Positions 1 through 12,105 of a stretch of 64,000 nucleotides of DNA are shown one piece after another (position 1 is the first letter of the stretch; each line of letters opens with the position of its first letter). The notes below the pieces were generated by a model. The model was not told the DNA's origin, ran no database searches, and saw only the letters and a program-made list of their open reading frames with translations. The stretch is from assembly GCA_965603825.1 (NCBI GenBank), contig CBFDEM010000028.1:620395-684394 (forward strand). The letters run 5' to 3'. The position numbers and the translations under genes were made by a program. The stretch comes from Blepharisma stoltei ATCC 30299 (Eukaryota > Protista > Ciliophora).

Positions 1-1042
1 ATCCAAACATTGTTACATATCCATGTCTCTCATAATGCTTTCATATAGCTTCTTCTTGCAGGGCTTCAAAATATTGTCAGTGAGATTTATGGGCTATTGA
101 GTATTTTGATAATTTTTTTTGGAGTAGTTTTAAATTGTAGCCATAGAGTAAAGGGACTAAATTAGGAATTGTGTTTTCTCCTTGGACATTATTTATAATA
201 AAATCGTACATAACAATTCTATTAGACAAAGAGCTGTCAATTATTTCAGTGTTGAGTGATTCTATTGTTTTTCTTAAATTTCTATAGAAATGCTGCCGAG
301 ATACTGAATCAAATAAAATCATAAGGACAGTTTGTGGCCTAGGCTTAGTTTTCATACCGAGCTCTTCAGCTATTTTTTTAGTTTTTTCAAAAGCTCGATC
401 TGAAGCTGTTTTATTAAAATTATTCCTAAGTATGGCTTGTTTCTTTGCCCTATAGCATCTTGCAAAAGCAAACTCTCTATCTTTAAAATCAACTGGTCCA
501 TCATAAGGCCTCCATCGACTTCTAAATGGTATTTCCCCTAATTGCTCATCGTTTAGCATTCCTCCTAAAACATATTCTGGCGTTTGGAACTCAAGGCATT
601 TTACATATAAAGTATCATTGGCAATGCTGATTATTTCAGTAGACACAGATCGATCAGCACAGTTATAAAACCTTCGATTTGGGTCAAATAATTTGTCAGC
701 TTGTTCTTGGGTGTACCCAAAAGATTTTGGGATGCATGAAACATTGCCATCATCAGGAAGTTCTGGGTATTGGGTTAAAGGCCATGAAGTAATTGGTGTT
801 TTTGATGTCTCATTATTGCTATTAAGTAGTATAAGTGAAGTTTTAAGATTCTCTATTATAATGTCTTGATCTTTAGCTGATGAAAAAACATTTAGGTTTT
901 CTTCTTCTTTGCTCAAAATAAGCTGATTTCCTTGGTCATTTTCTAAAGAGAATATGTAAATTAGACAAATTGAGCAACCAAATAACACTATACATGTGAG
1001 AATTGATAAAAACTTAGGAATTCTCTTTGACAAAATATGCAT
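1..1042 (-). CDS. DUF229-like (alkaline phosphatase/sulfatase superfamily) type II membrane protein, copy 1; 3' part runs off the window's left edge
   Basis: ATG at 1042, N-terminal TM helix, motifs MILFDSVSRQHFYRNL and GENTIPNL. The frame continues through TGA at 77-79 and 41-43 (TGA and TGG respectively in the paralog). Paralog of 1668-4277. Confidence 0.8.
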
Positions 1043-1667
1043 TTATATTCATATAAAAGATCATTTTTAATTTTCTGCTTTTTGAACTCTAAAAAATTTG
1101 AGAATTATTAATTATTTGAGTTGATAAGCTTACTTTTAAAAAAATAACTATTACATATTATTCAAATTATATAATTCTCATATATAATTGTTAGTTCAGC
1201 AGTGAAACTTATAGCTTGCTGATAGTTTTATAACAAAATTAATTGTTAAGAAAATAATTGCAATTCTAGTTGAACTTAACTTTTCCAAAGATATATTTTT
1301 TCTGCCATTTAAATAATTTATATACTCCTCATTAACATTTTTTACTTGATTAAAGGTGTTTGAGAGAATTCATATACGAAATTTTATTTCTCCTGCGAAA
1401 CCAAAATTCATATATATAATAATGTGCGCTAAAATGGTAGAAAATTCTGGGAGAAAAGTTGTTTCAGAATGTCAAATCCTTATTTATTATTTATACTATT
1501 TTAGGAAAAGAAATAAAATGTTAATCAATATATTGAAGAATATCAACAACTTAATTGCTAAAAAAAAATTCAACTCTTACAATAAAATAAAGCTAAGTGC
1601 CTATTCAGCTTACTATATACTCATTTATAATAAAATAATAAAAAAGTAATTTGTGCTTAAATTAATT

Positions 1668-4277
1668 TTACTGGCAGGGACACAGTGGTTGAACTCCATA
1701 TTCTACAGTAAAGCAAGTTATATTCTTCCTAGAGTAGGTCATCAGGTCAAAACCATCATTATTTTGTATTAGCCCCAATCCTGATCCTACAATTTCTCTT
1801 GATATTTTTAGCTCGTTAAATAATGCTACTCTTCCTTCCTCAAATGTCACTTTCAGCGGATTTTTTGGATCTCAGCTTTTTTTTAGTATATTTGCTTTAT
1901 TAAATAATTGAAATCCTCAGCCCTGACAGGAGAGGCTTTCAGCTTCACAAATTTCTGAGCATAAACTATGGCTTTCTCCTACAATAATTGATAATTTATT
2001 AAGCAAATTCCCAATCACTTCTTTCCACTTTTCAGAGGCCGCTGAAATATCAAGCTCTTGAGGCTGTTTGCATATGCATGTGCCTGGTTTAGAATTAATT
2101 TGATTTGCGATTTCTTCACAAATTGCTTTAACATTATCAACCCTTTCAATACCTTGCAGCTGAAGTGCCATTAGTTTTTTTTCTGTTTCATTATAATAAG
2201 TAATAGGATTAAGCCCATCATCATTCGGCTTAAAATAGTTAATAATAGTATTGGATTTAACAGCATATCCAAAAATTTCAAAAATAGCGTCTTCATCCTC
2301 ATTTATAGAAATTCGAATTCTATATATCTTATTTCCACCTTTTTCTGGAGGTTTTAGTTGTTGAACTTCTGCAGTCACTAGCTCTTTAAACGACACTTTT
2401 CTACAAAATTCTTCATGCTTGTTATTTTTAATATTCTCATTAATTGACTCCAAAGCAAATTCAATTAAAGTCTTAATTCCTGGCACATCTTCTGCGATTT
2501 CTAATGGAATTTCAGTAAACGTAAAGCACGAGCACAAAAAGTTTGGAATTGCGACATTATCACAGCTCCTATCATCATTTATTTTTTCTAATAGTAAAGA
2601 TATCCCATTTTGTGTATCAGGCAGTGTCTTTCACTCTTTATAAAGTTCGGATGATATTAACAAATTTCCATAAGGATTTAGTGCAATATGTTTAAAAGTA
2701 ATATATCAGTCAAATCTGCTTACGAGTCTTTTTGTATTATGTTTTAAGATAGAGTCTGTGTCTGACCCTAGTCTTGCAATTAATTCTTTATTAGTAATCA
2801 TAATATGCATAGGCAACTGGTTTTCTTTGTATCCTTCAGTATGTTTGTCCCATTCCTTTGAGTGTTTTCCATGGTCTGACATTAAATGTATGACAAAATC
2901 TTCTTCAGGGTGTTCATATAAGAAATATAAAAGATCTATAAAGAAATCTCTTAGATCATCATCAACTGTACGTATAACAGTGCCTGTACTTTCATGAGCC
3001 GGTGACAAATGGATATATCCGAATCTATTATTTCCAAGATAATTCCTGACATATTGATTGACATAATTAAGCATATACCAATGGGAATGATGAAGCCCAA
3101 AGCATCTTTGTCTCTCAATAAAGTCTACATATCCATACATTTTTCTTGCAGCATGCCAAAAATTAGTAGCAACATGATCAGTTAATATTTTTCTGCCTGT
3201 GCAGGTAGACAGATAATCCCACACTGTATCATACCCAAACATTGTTACATATCCATGTCTCTCATAATGCTTCCAGATAGCTCCTTCTTGCAGGGCTTCA
3301 AAATATTGTCAGTGAGATTTATGGGCTATTGAGTAACCTGATAGTTTTTCTTGAAGCAGATTTAAATTATAGCCATATAGTAAAGGGACTAAATTAGGAA
3401 TTGTGTTTTCTCCTTGGACATTATTTATAATAAAATCGTACATAACAATTCTATTAGACAAAGGGCTGTCAATTATTTCATTATTGAGCGATTGTATTGT
3501 TTTTACTAAATTTCTATAGAAATGCTGCCGAGATACTGAATCAAATAAAATCATAAGGACAGTTTGTGGCCTAGGCTTAGTTTTCATACCGAGCTCTTCA
3601 GCTATTTTTTTAGTTTTTTCAAAAGCTCGATCTGAAGCTGTTTTATTAAAACGATTCCTAAGTATAGCTTGCTTTTTTGCCCTAGAACATCTTGCAAATG
3701 CAAACTCTATGTCTGTAAAATCGATTGGCCCATTATAGAATTTTCATGGAGATCTGAACGGTATTTCCCCTAATTCCTCATCATTTAGAGTTCCTCCTAA
3801 AACATATTCTGGTTTTTGAAATTCAAGGCACTTTACATATAAAGTATCATTGATAAGGCGGATTATATCAGCAGATACAGATCGAGCAGCACAGTTATAA
3901 AACCTTCGATTTGGGTCGAATAATTTGTCAGCTTGCTCTTGAGTGTACCCAAACGATTTTGGGATGCATGAAATATTGCCATCATCAGGTAGCTCTGGAT
4001 ATTGTATTAAAGGCCAGGAAACAATTGGTGTTTTCGATGATATCTTATTGCTGTCAAGCAGTGAAAGTGATGGTTTAAGATTTTCTATTATAATTTCTTG
4101 ATTTATAGTTGATAAAAAAATGTTAAAGTTTTCTTCTTCTTCTTGGTTCAAAATTAGTTGGTTTCCTTGGTCATTTTGCAAAGAGAATATGTAAATTACA
4201 CTCATTGAGCAGGTAAATAGCACTATGCAGGTGAGAATTGATAAAAACCTAGGAATTCTCTTTGAGCAAATATTCAT
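1668..4277 (-). CDS. DUF229-like type II membrane protein, copy 2 (~869 aa), with Cys-rich C-terminal module
   Basis: Track ORFs 3744-4277, 3309-3587, 2706-3242, 1917-2537 and 1668-1850 share one frame and are separated by TGA; stop TAA at 1668-1670. Motifs FDSVSR, GENTIPN, HE, SDHG, RLVSRFD(W). Confidence 0.85.
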
Positions 4278-4678
4278 TTATATTCATATAGATTGGCATT
4301 TTAATTTTCAACTAATAATACTAAAAAAATTGAGAATTATAATTGATAGAGTTTATAAGCAAACTATTAAAAAGAAAATAACGATTTGGCATCTACAAAT
4401 CAAATTATAAAATTCTTACTGTAATTATTATCACCAAAGGCTATATCAGGGCTAATACCCAAATCCCACTAATTACCTCTCCAATAAAGAGAGAGTTAAC
4501 AGTATTCATGTGCAGGAAGTTTCTTGGCCGATCAAAAAAATGCTTGATAATTTATATCAAAATTAATTTTTAACTCCTAGAAAACATAATGCAATTCTAG
4601 TAGAAAATAATCTTTTAGTAGCAAGAATTATTATATTTTTCTATCATCAAAATAATTTGCTTATTAAAATTTCTGGCT

Positions 4679-4948
4679 CTACCTATATGTATCTTTCACA
4701 AAATGTTTTGAATGGTCAACAGAGAATTTTCTACAGAGAAACCATTCATTTAATTCCTTTTTGCAGAGATGAGCCACATTATCATCATTTCTTGCACAAT
4801 ATTTCAAAGTTCCTCCTTTTTCAAAGCAATCAGTCTGCGATATGCACTCTACAAGGTCTTTAGCAGGATCATGACAAGTTTTATTAACTGGTTTCGATGT
4901 GTCTCCTGTTTTAAGCCAATTAGAAATCTTCTCTATAAATCCTACCAT
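4679..4948 (-). CDS. COA5: Cytochrome c oxidase assembly factor PET191/COA5-like, 89 aa
   Basis: Six-Cys twin CX9C-like spacing: C-x9-C(ISQTD)C-x9-C-x10-C-x9-C-RK..D. Confidence 0.75.
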   Translation of the reverse strand: MVGFIEKISNWLKTGDTSKPVNKTCHDPAKDLVECISQTDCFEKGGTLKYCARNDDNVAHLCKKELNEWFLCRKFSVDHSKHFVKDTYR

Positions 4949-4985
4949 TTAGGGTAAAATATATAAGGAATTAAAATAAAAAGAA

Positions 4986-5603
4986 TTAAGATTTATTTCT
5001 GATTGTTACATTATAAGAAATTAATGCAGAAATAAACTGAAGAATAATCAATGAGTAGCCAATAGAAAGCCCAGGACCTGTAGACACGTTTTCACTATCT
5101 TTCCAAGTATCATCGATTCCATATACATCTGCAACAGCTAAATAAATTGTGATCCCAATTAGGTAAAGCAAAGGCTGCACCCAAATTCCATAATAAACGC
5201 TCCAGTGTTCTATCGTTTTGTCTCTAAATAGCCAAAGATGCACTATAAAATACATAACAGCAGGAATCATACTAAGTATCATAAATATCATCATAATAAT
5301 CCCTGCTGCTCTAATCCTGTCAAGGTCTCCACAAAAACCTTTACAGGCTGCATCAATTATCGGCTTAAAATCTTCACATAACTTATTATTGGCATTTCCA
5401 TAACTATCATCACTATTTATTATTGCTTTTAAATCGCTTTTGCTTGTGGATAGAGTTACCAAGCCCCAATCAAAATAGCAGTAATAAAATCATTGAGGGA
5501 CTGCTAAAGCTGATATCTGCAACGCAAAAATGATTACGTTTAATATCATGTTGAGTAAGCAGCACTGAGAAAAATATTTGGCTGAGAGATGCTTTCCTTC
5601 CAT
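4986..5603 (-). CDS. Claudin/PMP22-like four-TM protein (~205 aa)
   Basis: ATG at 5603 is in frame with track ORF 4986-5462 through one TGA (AVPQ-W-FYYCYFDWGL). Four hydrophobic helices, Cys in the first loop, GPGL before the last helix. Confidence 0.6.
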
Positions 5604-5671
5604 AATTATTATGATTTTTAGTTAAATATGCAACAATTTTTATAAATTTTGGAGAAATCTAAAATAATGAG

Positions 5672-5995
5672 TTATGGTTTAACTTGAGAATCCAGCATCA
5701 TCGTTCCTTCTTTTTCAAGCATATTTTCGTCATTTTTCTTAAGTTTATCTGCCTTAATAGAATCTCCAATCACATAGGCTTTATAAATCCCAACAATAGC
5801 AGCTGTGCTAACTATAGCTCCCAATGCTTTCCATTTCCCATAAGAAAGTGAATACATGTGCACATTTTTTCTTTTAAAAGCACTCACCATACTAATCTCT
5901 TCAGTCTCAAGCGTCTTTAATATCGGGTTATGTGTCAAAAATTCAGACTCAGAGCTCTTATGATTCTTAATGGTTTTATTAAACCTAAAATCCAT
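5672..5995 (-). CDS. Small single-TM hypothetical protein (start uncertain: 5995 or 5890)
   Basis: Open frame of 107 aa ending TAA, hydrophobic segment ALGAIVSTAAIVGIYKAYVIG, fills the gap between neighbouring genes. Confidence 0.6.
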   Translation of the reverse strand: MDFRFNKTIKNHKSSESEFLTHNPILKTLETEEISMVSAFKRKNVHMYSLSYGKWKALGAIVSTAAIVGIYKAYVIGDSIKADKLKKNDENMLEKEGTMMLDSQVKP

Positions 5996-5997
5996 TT

Positions 5998-6592
5998 ATG
6001 TCAAGATCCTCTACAAGAATCAAAAAAATCAGTGAGTCTATGAAATATGTAGACGAAGAAACCCGAGCTTTGGTCCATCAGCAGAGAATTAATGATCTAG
6101 AAGAAGATAATTTTTTAGCAGCAAATAGACTGTATATATAAATTTAGCGAAGAAATGACTTTTGGGGATGATAGTGCGTTCACATTCGAAGATGAACTTT
6201 TGCCTAGAAAAATCAAAAAAACACAAAAATGCGTTAAAGGTAATGTGGAGACAGAAAATGAAATTTTAGAAGAAAACGAGTCACCGCTTTATTCCAAAAA
6301 GAAAAGAAAAACAAAAAAATCACCTTTGATTAAGAAAAGGGTGCATCAGAGAAAATCACTGGAAAGAATTATTTTGGAAGAGGTAAAGAATATTCAGGGA
6401 CTATCTATAAATGATGCAGTGCCTAATTATTTGACAATGAGTGTTAAAGCTTCAGATTATCCTAGAAGATTTTTTTGTACAGTTTGTGGGTTTCAGCATA
6501 AATATACTTGTATAAGATGTGGGGAAAGATATTGCAGTAAAAAGTGTGAGTCTGTACATAAGGAAACAAGATGTCTTAAATTTTCAGACTAA
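5998..6592 (+). CDS. ZNHIT1: SWR1 complex subunit SWC6/Vps71/ZNHIT1 (zf-HIT); exons 5998-6131, 6148-6592
   Basis: Exon 1 MSRSSTRIKK...DEETR...RINDLEEDN. A 16-nt intron restores frame to track ORF 6155-6592 with PNYL...PRRFFCTVCGF..YTCIRCGERYCSKKC..HKETRCLKF. Confidence 0.92.
6132..6147 (+). other. 16-nt spliceosomal intron GTATATATAAATTTAG
   Basis: Removal shifts the frame by 1 and joins two halves of ZNHIT1. Confidence 0.9.
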
Positions 6593-6663
6593 TATTTAAT
6601 TAAGCTAAAAATATTACTATTAATTTATAGTAAAATACTAATAATATAAAAATTAGACTGTAA

Positions 6664-8091
6664 ATGGTTCTATTTTTGTATCTTTTAGGACTCGCAGCTG
6701 CCCTTCCAGCTGAGCCACTCGACAGCGAAATTTCATCAACATTCTCTAATCTTAACAAACTTACCAAAGCACGAAAATATTTGCTTTCAGCAAATACTGA
6801 TAAAAAAGACTCTGCAAATCTCCTCAGCATCCCTGAGCTTATAGAGCCTCAAGACTATGAGCTCGGAAGATTCATTCCAAAATTCACCCTCCACACAAAT
6901 CAAACCATTTCAGCGCTTGAATTTATTGCACTAAAGCCACTATCAATTTATAAGAATGGGATCAGTCAAGGCATAATCTCAATATATACAGACGGAGTCC
7001 TAGAAATTCATGACCTTGCAGGCGATCTTCTTTATCGTCACAATTTAGGCTACTCTTCCTCTCTTATAGCAGCTACTTCTAACTTTGACGATATAAAATT
7101 TGCATTGGTTTCTCCTGACGACAAACTAGTGATTTTTACAGTAAAAATAGACAAAGCTAAAAACAGCCCATTTACACCTATTGAATTTGGCAATCAAACC
7201 CACAAAATGAGCATTGAAATTAAAAAAGACACTGAATCGCCCCTATACCAGTCAGCCAAACCAACATGTATTCTTCACTACGTAAAATCAGGGCAAAAAA
7301 ACTGGGTCATTGGAGACAGCCTTGGAGGAGTCTCATTCCACCATATGAATGGAACATGACTAAAACGCACAGAAAGCTTAGGCTACCCTATAACTTCTCT
7401 AGACAGACTAGGCCCTCAGCTTGTATTTAGCGCAGGAGACTCAATAGCAGTATTAAATACACATACAATGGCATTATCACACAAATGTGAAGGGGTAATT
7501 CCTACATAGCCAGCTGGGATAATAACTGATATAGCTATCGACCAGATGTCAGGGGCCGTTATATATGCACTTTTAGACTCGAAAGATGTCTTAGTTTTTG
7601 AAGCCAGACATCAGCAGAAAAATGATTATGTTTGTAAAAGTAATTTTTAGGTAGATATTGGAAGAATTCACAGCCCAAGCTCAAATGAGAAATATAGGAT
7701 GAATATGATTAAAGATTATTTAACTGTTTTAGGCTCGAATGGGGAGCTTAGTTTGTATGATTCATCACTTTTATCGAAAGGAATACATATACATCCTACT
7801 CAAATGACTATTAGTAAAAAAAATATTACACCGCTGTTTAGAACTTTGAAATTACAAACTTATGGATCAGTCATGATTTTTGCTAAAGAAAATGATATTG
7901 CTGTATATGAAATTATTCAACCAAAAGTTCCTGAAAGTTGGGATATGGGGAATATCAGGACAATTGGGATTGTTCTGGCTGTATTAGGGGCTATTTTGTG
8001 GCAGTATTTCAAAAAAGGAAAGAGACCAACTCCAACAGCTTCAAGAAAATCAAAGAAAAACGAGCCTCCATTTGCAAAGAAAAGAAGATAA
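6664..8091 (+). CDS. Type I membrane protein, beta-rich luminal domain, unknown function; exons 6664-7494, 7510-7639, 7655-8091
   Basis: Signal peptide MVLFLYLLGLAAA, TGA at 7357-7359 read through, two 15-nt introns each removing an in-frame TAG, C-terminal TM and basic tail (KKRR). Confidence 0.8.
7495..7509 (+). other. 15-nt intron GTAATTCCTACATAG
   Basis: Contains the in-frame TAG that otherwise breaks the ORF. Confidence 0.85.
7640..7654 (+). other. 15-nt intron GTAATTTTTAGGTAG
   Basis: Removes an in-frame TAG; downstream frame matches track ORF 7699-8091. Confidence 0.85.
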
Positions 8092-8110
8092 ATTAAACCA
8101 TAAAAGTTAT

Positions 8111-8908
8111 TTATTGCGCTTTGAGTCCTAAATTTCCTTTTAATTTTTCTATGTCTTCTTGTCTTCTTTTATTTAATTTTTTTAGCCAAGTATCGCCTCT
8201 TTCGTGAGCCTAATTTTGTTTTACAGCTTTAATCCTTTCTTCAGCTTTTTCCTGGTAAACTCTAAAGCAATCTTCTAAGCTAATTTCCGGATTTTTTTCT
8301 TTAACATGCTCAAAAAAGCTTAAAAACTCTTTTAGCGTCATATTAGAGTTCTTCTGGCTTTTCTAATTATTATTTACAAATCTTCTGAACCCAGAATTGT
8401 GATAAAAAGTGCTGGCCCATTTATCTTTTTCATCAAATCATTTTTCTTCAAATGCAATTTCTAATAAAGGATATCTAGGATACCCTCTAAGCAGCCCTGA
8501 TTCTTTTGTAATGAAGTGATCAATCATTCGTTGCTGAAGGTCTTTAGGTAAGGAGGTCTCTGGTTCTACACAGTTAGCATGGAATCGATAAATCTTTTTC
8601 TTGAGAAGAATTTTTCTAATCCTTTCCATTGGAGTTTCCCTTGTGGCTCATTTGTAGACTCGTGTGTGGAAGTCGAAATAAAAATCAATTGATAAAAGAA
8701 ATACGAAAAATATGTTTTTCTTCTTGTGTGTCCATAGAAGATGATTTATTTTTCCGAATAAAGAGAGTTCTGGATAGAAAATACCTCGAAATGCTATTTT
8801 TTTGTTGGCTTTTTCAGAAACTTTTAGGACTTCTTGGCGAAGAGGCTGTGTTAGATTTACAATTGACTGAGAAATCCTGGCAAAAGAAAAAGCTCTGCTT
8901 ATGAGCAT
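8111..8908 (-). CDS. Hypothetical protein, probably mitochondrial, one hydrophobic segment; exons 8908-8378, 8362-8225, 8209-8111
   Basis: Track ORFs 8648-8908 and 8438-8629 join via TGA. Two 15-nt introns, stop TAA at 8111-8113. Arg/Ser-rich, acid-free N-terminus (MLISRAFSFARISQS). Confidence 0.75.
8210..8224 (-). other. 15-nt intron GTAAAACAAAATTAG
   Basis: Phase 0, ends in an in-frame TAG; 32 more sense codons follow. Confidence 0.75.
8363..8377 (-). other. 15-nt intron GTAAATAATAATTAG
   Basis: Phase 0, ends in an in-frame TAG. Confidence 0.85.
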
Positions 8909-9380
8909 TTTAAATATGGCTTATTGATTAGATAGATACACACTATTAAACTATAAACCTTTATAAAGATGGTGACAGCATAATAAACTATGGATCCTCA
9001 ATGAGTAAATAATTTGACTGCCTTCTTAATTCAACATAAAAAAAGAAAGCTAAATATTTTTTCATATGAAAAATATAAGTCAATAAAGCATAAAGAATTT
9101 ATTCGACCAAATTAATTCAGCAAAAATTATTTTGAATGAATTAGCAGAATTCTAAAGCATTTTCTCTTGGAGGATTCTACAGCCCCTTATATTTCTATAT
9201 TAACAATTTCAAAGTTTATTAAAATATGCTTTATCTAATCATATATAGCACACTTTAAAAATTAATTATATTCCAGAAAATTCTCTATTAATAATCAGTT
9301 ATCTTTTTTACTTTTGAATTTTTTATTTACTGTCAAAAATATTAAGTAAAGCTGCAGCTCATAACTTTTACAACAATAAA

Positions 9381-12068
9381 ATGGCTATTAAGAAACGCCT
9401 TTTCAAGATCTTTGAAGAGTCAAGTTTCTGCTTAAGAAATCGATACCTAGCCAAAAACCATATCCTTTCTAAACCCCAAGGCTTACGTTTTGACATCAAC
9501 TACAAAATTCAAAGCGATAGCATCATCAGAATCCCAGGTGGAATTTCACTGACAGCTGGAAGTGTATTTGAAACCGAAGTATTCTTAAAAGGAAACATTA
9601 TAATGTACAAAAACGGCGCCCTTCATACCTATTTAGACGAAATCAATCCTCTATTTCCTCGTTTCCGTCCTTCGCCCAATGATATTTTGAACCAAAGCGT
9701 TTTAGAAAAGCTAGAGGACGAGAACATCCATATAACTGAGGATATGGTCACTTGGGAATTTGACCATATTAAATACAAGCTTACTTTTAATCCGCTTAGA
9801 CTAGAAGGGTTCTATAAAGATGAATTGATAATTGCCGCTAATAGTAAATCTTTGATGAATTTTGAAAAATATAGGCCGAAAGGCGATGAGAATAATATTA
9901 ACGAGGTGGACGTAAACTTTCCAATAAAAATTATTGACGCAACTCAGCTTATTGAAGAAGGAGAAGGAGGATATAAAAATATTGGAAATATATGATCTGA
10001 AGAATACTTAGATTATATTGATGAAAAACCAAGAGGTCCTAGCAGTGTAGCTTTAGATTTTGAATTTTTCAATGCAAGCCATGTCTATGGAATTCCAGAG
10101 CATGCAGATTCATTAGCCTTGAATGACACAAAAGAAGGATCTCCTTATAGACTTTTCAATTGTGATAATTTTTCTTATAAATTAGGAGACACCGCAGCTA
10201 TATATGGAGCCGTCCCATTTATGGTAAGCCGTTCTCCAGCTTTAAAATCAGCTGGTGTTTTTTGGCTAAACTCCTCAGAAACTTGGATTGATATCGAAAC
10301 CCTCCCACAAAGCAAGCATTCCCATTGGATTTCTGAAGCTGGCGCTCTAGAATTCTTCTTATTTGTCGGAAATTCCCCACTTTCAGTAATAGAAACTTAT
10401 ACCTTGCTTACAGGGCCAGCCCAACTGCCTCCGTTATCAGTTTTAGGCTACCATCAATGTAGATGGAACTACAATACGCGTGAAGATTTACTAGAAGTTT
10501 CCAATGGCTTTTTGACAAATTCAATACCACTTGACGTAGTTTGGCTCGATATAGAGCATACTGATAAGAAAAAATATTTCACATGGGACGATGAGAAATT
10601 CCCTGACCCAACTTCTATGCAAGAAATTTTAGCGAAACAAGGCCGAAATCTAGTCACCATAGTAGATCCGCACATAAAAAGAGACCCTGACTATTTTGTG
10701 CATCAGGATTCAGAAAATCACAACTACTATGTAGCAAATAATGAAGGAAACAGCTTTGAAGGAGTCTGCTGGCCAGGAATTTCATCATGACTTGACTTCA
10801 CTAGGCCAGAAGTAAGGGAATATTGGTCTTCTAATTTCGATTACTCAAAATACCAAAACTCCACTAATAATTTGTATATATGGAACGACATGAACGAGCC
10901 TTCTGTTTTTAACTCTCCAGAAGGGACCATGCCAAGAGGCAATTTACATGGGAATTATGAGCATAGAGAAGTCCATAATACCTATGGAATGTATATGCAG
11001 CAGGCTTCATATCAAGGACTGTTAAAAAGAAGCCAAAAAAAAGAAAGGCCGTTTGTACTTACTAGGTCTTTTTTTGCGGGGACGCAGAAATATGGAGCTA
11101 TATGGACTGGGGATAATGCTGCGGAATGGAGCTATTTGGAGTACTCTGTGCCTATGCATTTGGCTATTGCGATAGGCGGGATAAGCTTCTGTGGGTCTGA
11201 TGTAGGTGGCTTTTTTGGAGACCCTACTCCAGAATTATTGGTGAGATGGTACCAATTAGGAGCTTATTATCCATTTTTTAGAGGGCATGCACATATTGAG
11301 TCTGAAAGAAGAGAACCTTGGCTATTTGGCGAAGAAGCTTTAAGAAAAATAAGGGCTGCTATTAGAGAAAGATATGCTTTATTGCCTTATTGGTATGGAC
11401 TGTTCTATATTTATAGAACCTGTGGAACACCTGTGATTAGACCTATGTTTTTAGAATACCCAGAGATAGAGGAATGTGCTAGTTTAGATCGACAATATTT
11501 GGTAGGGAGCTCATTATTGGTGGCAGGGATTACGAAAGAATTGCAAGAACATGTAGACGTATTTTTGCCTCAGGGCAGGTGGTTTGATTATCATACTTTA
11601 TTAGAAATAAATGCTGGGCAGCAGAGTTTTCAAGTCCAAGAAGACTGAATCCCTGTGCTTATCAAAGGTGGAAGCATAATTCCTAGAAAAAATACCCCAA
11701 GAATGAGCTCAAAAGAAATGCTGGCAGATCCTTATAGCTTTTTAATTGCTATTGACTCAAATGACTCAGCACAAGGATTTTTATATGCTGACGACACTAT
11801 TTCTCACAACTATATGTCTGGCGAATACATTTTGGCTGATATTCAGCTTAATGATTTTAAGCTCAGCTACAATCTTACAAACACAATGGAATTAGAAAAT
11901 AACATTGACGAAATTATGATTATTGGGCTTTCAAGAATCCCTAATGAAATGATATTAGACATAAAAGGCCAAAAGAAGCCAATTGATTTTGGTGTTAGGA
12001 ATAATATGATAGTTATCAATATATCTGATATTACTATCAGTCAGAATTGGACTATTGAATTTAAATAA
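9381..12068 (+). CDS. GH31 neutral alpha-glucosidase (glucosidase II alpha / GANAB-GANC family), ~895 aa
   Basis: Four track ORFs in one frame linked by TGA (9993, 10788, 11646). Motifs GYHQCRWNY, WLDIEHT, WNDMNEPSVF (nucleophile), WTGDN (acid/base), PFFRGHAH. Confidence 0.95.
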
Positions 12069-12105
12069 TAAACTGATCCCTGAGAATTATTTGTAAAATA
12101 ATTTT

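Noticed and set aside
1356-1649. 97-aa + strand ORF and other short shadow ORFs (e.g. 12125-12418, 27068-27370, 33367-33747)
   Set aside because: Non-ATG starts, low-complexity AT-rich products, or antisense/alternate frames of well-supported genes.
4949-4954. TTAGGG as an internal telomere seed (also ~16946)
   Set aside because: Single hexamers are expected by chance and lack the full 8-mer.
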